A stretch of DNA of 11,398 nucleotides, taken from the NCBI GenBank assembly GCA_965644295.1, contig CBFFRP010000006.1, positions 1 to 11,398 on the forward strand. Direction: 5' to 3'. The position numbers were made by a program, and so were the translations under genes. Below are positions 8,027-11,398 of the stretch, one piece after another (the stretch's first letter is position 1; each line of letters begins with the position of its first letter). Under the pieces are notes generated by a model, which ran no database searches, was not told the DNA's origin, and saw only the letters and a program-made list of their open reading frames with translations. Origin of the DNA: Paraphysomonas bandaiensis. Taxonomy: Eukaryota > Protista > Chrysophyceae.

Positions 8027-9389
8027 CGATCACGTAGACTTATCGCAGATGACAATCGGGTGCCCTGTGAAGAGTTCGTTGTAGAGGAGATCGAGCTGAC
8101 TTTCACCTTCCTTAGGATTTTTCAACCAGTGATACGCAGTCCACGTACTTGGTGATACTTTACGCTCTACTTAACTATAATATATACGTTGCACCTCAGC
8201 TTGCAACATAGCACTTTTATTTATAGGCCACTCCCGCCATTGCGAGATTTCGAATTTATCCAATTCGTTATTTCTGCTATTTATATCACAAATAACACAC
8301 TTGCAATGACTTTTGGTACAGTACCAGGTCATTGCTGAATTTTTATGCGAGATAACGCCAATGGATTTTATAGGCTTCTGATTTTATATAAAGAAAAATC
8401 AGCGATTTCGATATATATATATCATAACTATATTTGTATTAAAACAATAATATCGATGTTTAGAAATAATGGCGATTCACCTTCAACTCATTCGCCATGA
8501 TATATATTATAGGTCTTCACCCTCAACAAAAAGTCGGACTCGCACATTTCCGTGGTAGTGTTCTGGGGGATAAGTACCGGATATATTACTCCAGGAAATA
8601 TATATATAAGTGAGCCGCATATATATAGTTGGCAGATATTGTTCTGCCCACTCATAGCCAAATACTTGTGTGGTACAAAAGGACACCAATAAGTGTCACT
8701 TGTGTAGTTGTATTTGAGGCCTGACGAATAAACAGGATTCGGGGGTATTGAGCTGCCTGCTGAAGTCAAGCATTCGAGATGGTCACCTTAAGAACTTAAA
8801 AACCCTGAAATCAGCGAATGTCAGGTATATCGGTATATCAACATTCTGCTTTCTCACTGCATTTTCTTTGAGTAATAGAGCAAAAGTGGTGGCACCTTGG
8901 TGCTTGCGGTGATCACATACAGGCTTCGTAGGGTTAAATAGTAGGATATTAACAATTGACAATTAATCAAAAACAAATAATTGTTATGCAGCTCTAAAAA
9001 TGAATGACTTGAAATCTTTAATATAATTTTACTAATTAACTATTGAGTGAATTCAATGATCAGCTACTTAAGCTTTAACCATCCTAATGTCTAACCCTAA
9101 TATCATCGACCATCATCCTTAGAATCAGGACTGTTTCAATCAGAAATACCCTTGCCAGATTCGATTAACAGGCTACCCTTTACCCTAACTCTAGTCGAAT
9201 TGTGTTAACACAGTTCAGTTCGCTTACATGGAGTTCAAGATGTCATTCAATCAAACTATAAAATTAAGAAGCATTAAGTTTACAGAACTCAATGTACCCG
9301 CAGAAAAATAATATGTCACACTAAAATTCATCGTAATAGTACTTGAAGTGCTCATAATTCAGATACGCAAACTCAAATCCACAATCCAC

Positions 9390-11075
9390 TCACAGGGCAG
9401 AGGCATTTTCACTATCGTCGTCCACAGATAAGCAGTGGCAGTAAATAGCTTTGTTTGTACTCTGGAAGTCTCTCAAAATGTCCTCCGGCTCTCTATGCTT
9501 TGTTTCCACTACAACCAAGCGTACGAATACCATACCCAGCACACACATACAAAAAAACAAAAAGAAGGTTCCTGCGTCATGGATAGTATCAACGACTGGT
9601 AAGAAGGCAAAATTGACAATAAACTCAAAGAGGTTCCTGGCAACAACTGAAAGTGCCATAGCTCTGCCCCTAATGATAGTTGGGAACATCTCGCTCTGTA
9701 GTAGCCAAGTCACGGGTCCTAACCCTATGCTGAAGCCCCCAAGAATAAGCGAACCGCCCACAACGAAAACACCTATGTTTCTTCCGTATCCCATCGCGAA
9801 GGCTACAGCAAGTACCAGCTGTCCAAAAGTCATCACAGCAATTCCTAACGTTAATAAATATTTTCTGCCTAATCGATCCATATTGTAGATAGACCAACCA
9901 ACAGTAATGACCTTAACTATACCAAGCACAACTGTAAAAGTGAGTGAAGCTTTTTCTCCAAATCCAGCGTTCTTAAATATGATAGGGGCATAATTACGAA
10001 CCACTACCCCTCCCGTGAATTGTTGAAAGAACATGAGAAGAATGATGCATGTAAATACAATTCGATATTCATAAGTAACCTTCCTAAATGCCTCCTTGAA
10101 GTCAGATGTCACGTCACTGGAATGGTTATGGGAATCGGCTATTTCCCGGAATCTCAGCTCGACCTCCTCCTCAGTATCAAGAGCAGCCTGCAACGCAGTA
10201 CGACCTTTTTCTTCCATGCCATTCTGAATTAGCCACTTTGGAGACTCTGGCAACAAAGTCATCAAAGTGGCCTGTAAAAATGCGAATACGGCAGGTACAG
10301 CGAAAAGCACTCTCCAACCCTCATCCAAATCCCGTAATAACAAGTTTACAACGAATGAGCCAAGTATACCAACAACCGCGAGGAACTCATATGACGAAGA
10401 AAGTCGGCCGCGGTATTGGGGAGGAGATATCTCTGTGAGGTACGGAACATCGGCTATTCCTGAAAGAGCAGTCCCAACTCCAACAACAAAACGGCCGATA
10501 TATACAAGTTCTACGGAGCTTGCACCTGATATGATCAAGGCGCCGGAGATGTAGATAATATTCTGAATTATAATAGTATTCCACCGCCCCACGTAATCAC
10601 ACAGAGGCCCGCCGAATGTACACCCAAATACACTGCCTAGAGGGAGACACGCAACGACCAGACCCTTACCCATACTACCTAAACCAAATTCATCTTCAAC
10701 TTGACTTAAAGCCCCAGATATAACGCCAATGTCATATCCGTAAACGAATCCTCCTCCTACATTCATATTATATATTATTCATACAATCACAACATACGTT
10801 CTTCGTCTGTGTCGCAGTAGCAGTACACATAACTGCAACTCAACCAATCATATCACACTGCATCTTACGCAGTATACAGGTATACAGTACCACTCTATGT
10901 ACGACTCATATGATGAACACCTCTAGACAACACACCGCATCATATCACTGTTAGCCGCACTGTTTATACCTCCCACAATAACAGCAGCCTTCAACATGAA
11001 TATTTGGGACCTCTGCAGAGACAGCCAGTGCCACTCCTCTCTGTGCAGAAGACCATCGCTATCCTTCGGAGCCAT
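9390..11075 (-). CDS. MFS sugar porter (SP family; GLUT10/GLUT12/VGT-like), two exons join(11075..10970,10756..9390), about 490 aa
   Basis: Motifs GYDIG, DYVGR, GRFVVGVG, YLTEISP..RG, PESPKWL, QQFTG, DRLGRK, GPVTWLLQSEMFP..RG and VETK. Exon 1 (MAPKDSDGLLHREEWHWLSLQRSQIFMLKAAVIVG) splices in phase 1 (G|GA) and completes TM1 as IVGGGGFVYGYD. Confidence 0.93.
10757..10969 (-). other. Spliceosomal GT-AG intron, 213 nt, phase 1
   Basis: Donor GAG|GTATAA at 10969 and acceptor ATGTAG|GA at 10757. Removing it restores the frame and TM1 of the transporter. Confidence 0.8.
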
Positions 11076-11238
11076 CAGATTAATGCTGCCCTAAGAACTG
11101 GTACGGTCATTCAATCACAACTCTAGAGGCAGCAAATGTCGATGGAAGGAGCGAGTCATCAGTGTCATCTACTGCACAAAGATGCACAGGAGACTCGGAT
11201 ATACAGTACGTGTAGGAATATACTGTACCTCCGCACCA

Positions 11239-11278
11239 ATACATACGTACATACATACATACATACATACATACATAC
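11239..11278. repeat. (ATAC)n microsatellite, 10 units with one GTAC variant
   Basis: Read directly from the sequence. Confidence 0.95.
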
Positions 11279-11398
11279 AAACCATATAGCTATACAACGT
11301 GTAGATGTTGTATTCCTTGGAGACGTTTTTCGACAGAGCGGACCAGTCTGGTCCCACTTCATTTTTTTGTACTGTGTTTTTTCGTATGGAATATGAGT

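Noticed and set aside
7078-8030. CRISPR-like reading of the palindromic repeats
   Set aside because: Spacing is irregular (hundreds of nt), orientations are mixed, the context is eukaryotic and there are no cas genes.
8881-8893. 13-mer CAAAAGTGGTGGC, also at 5288-5300
   Set aside because: The match does not extend and is probably chance.
9070-9195. Telomere-like CCCTAA words
   Set aside because: Only scattered units, with no array.
9451-10584. Several ORFs overlapping the transporter
   Set aside because: Antisense or alternate-frame shadows of the MFS gene.
10764-10766. ATG given as the transporter start in the ORF track
   Set aside because: It falls inside the predicted intron and would truncate TM1.
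11136-11396. ORFs spanning the microsatellite
   Set aside because: They stay open largely because of the (ATAC)n repeat and encode low-complexity peptides.

Overview
AT-rich eukaryotic, protist-like genomic DNA with short GT-AG introns; a stramenopile host is my unverified guess. There are two clear host genes, both on the minus strand: a stand-alone TAZ zinc-finger protein (4611-5174) and a two-exon MFS sugar porter of the GLUT10/GLUT12/VGT type (9390-11075) with an atypical binding pocket. The ORF track missed an intronless minus-strand ORF that runs off the left edge (<1-602, probably starting at 681 with a +1 frameshift). It encodes an F5/8-type-C/discoidin-like domain of the style seen in giant-virus and Polinton-like-virus proteins, so the left end may be the edge of an endogenous viral element. 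The intergenic DNA is largely transposon debris: a decayed Ty1/copia RNase H with a probable PPT/3' LTR (about 3255-4313), a possible Harbinger-like transposase relic (about 1878-2345), and a TIR/hairpin-bounded element (7078-7702 or 8032) that carries an orphan terminal exon ending KRRRSSGVSYKE*. All family calls come from motif recognition by eye; no database search was run.
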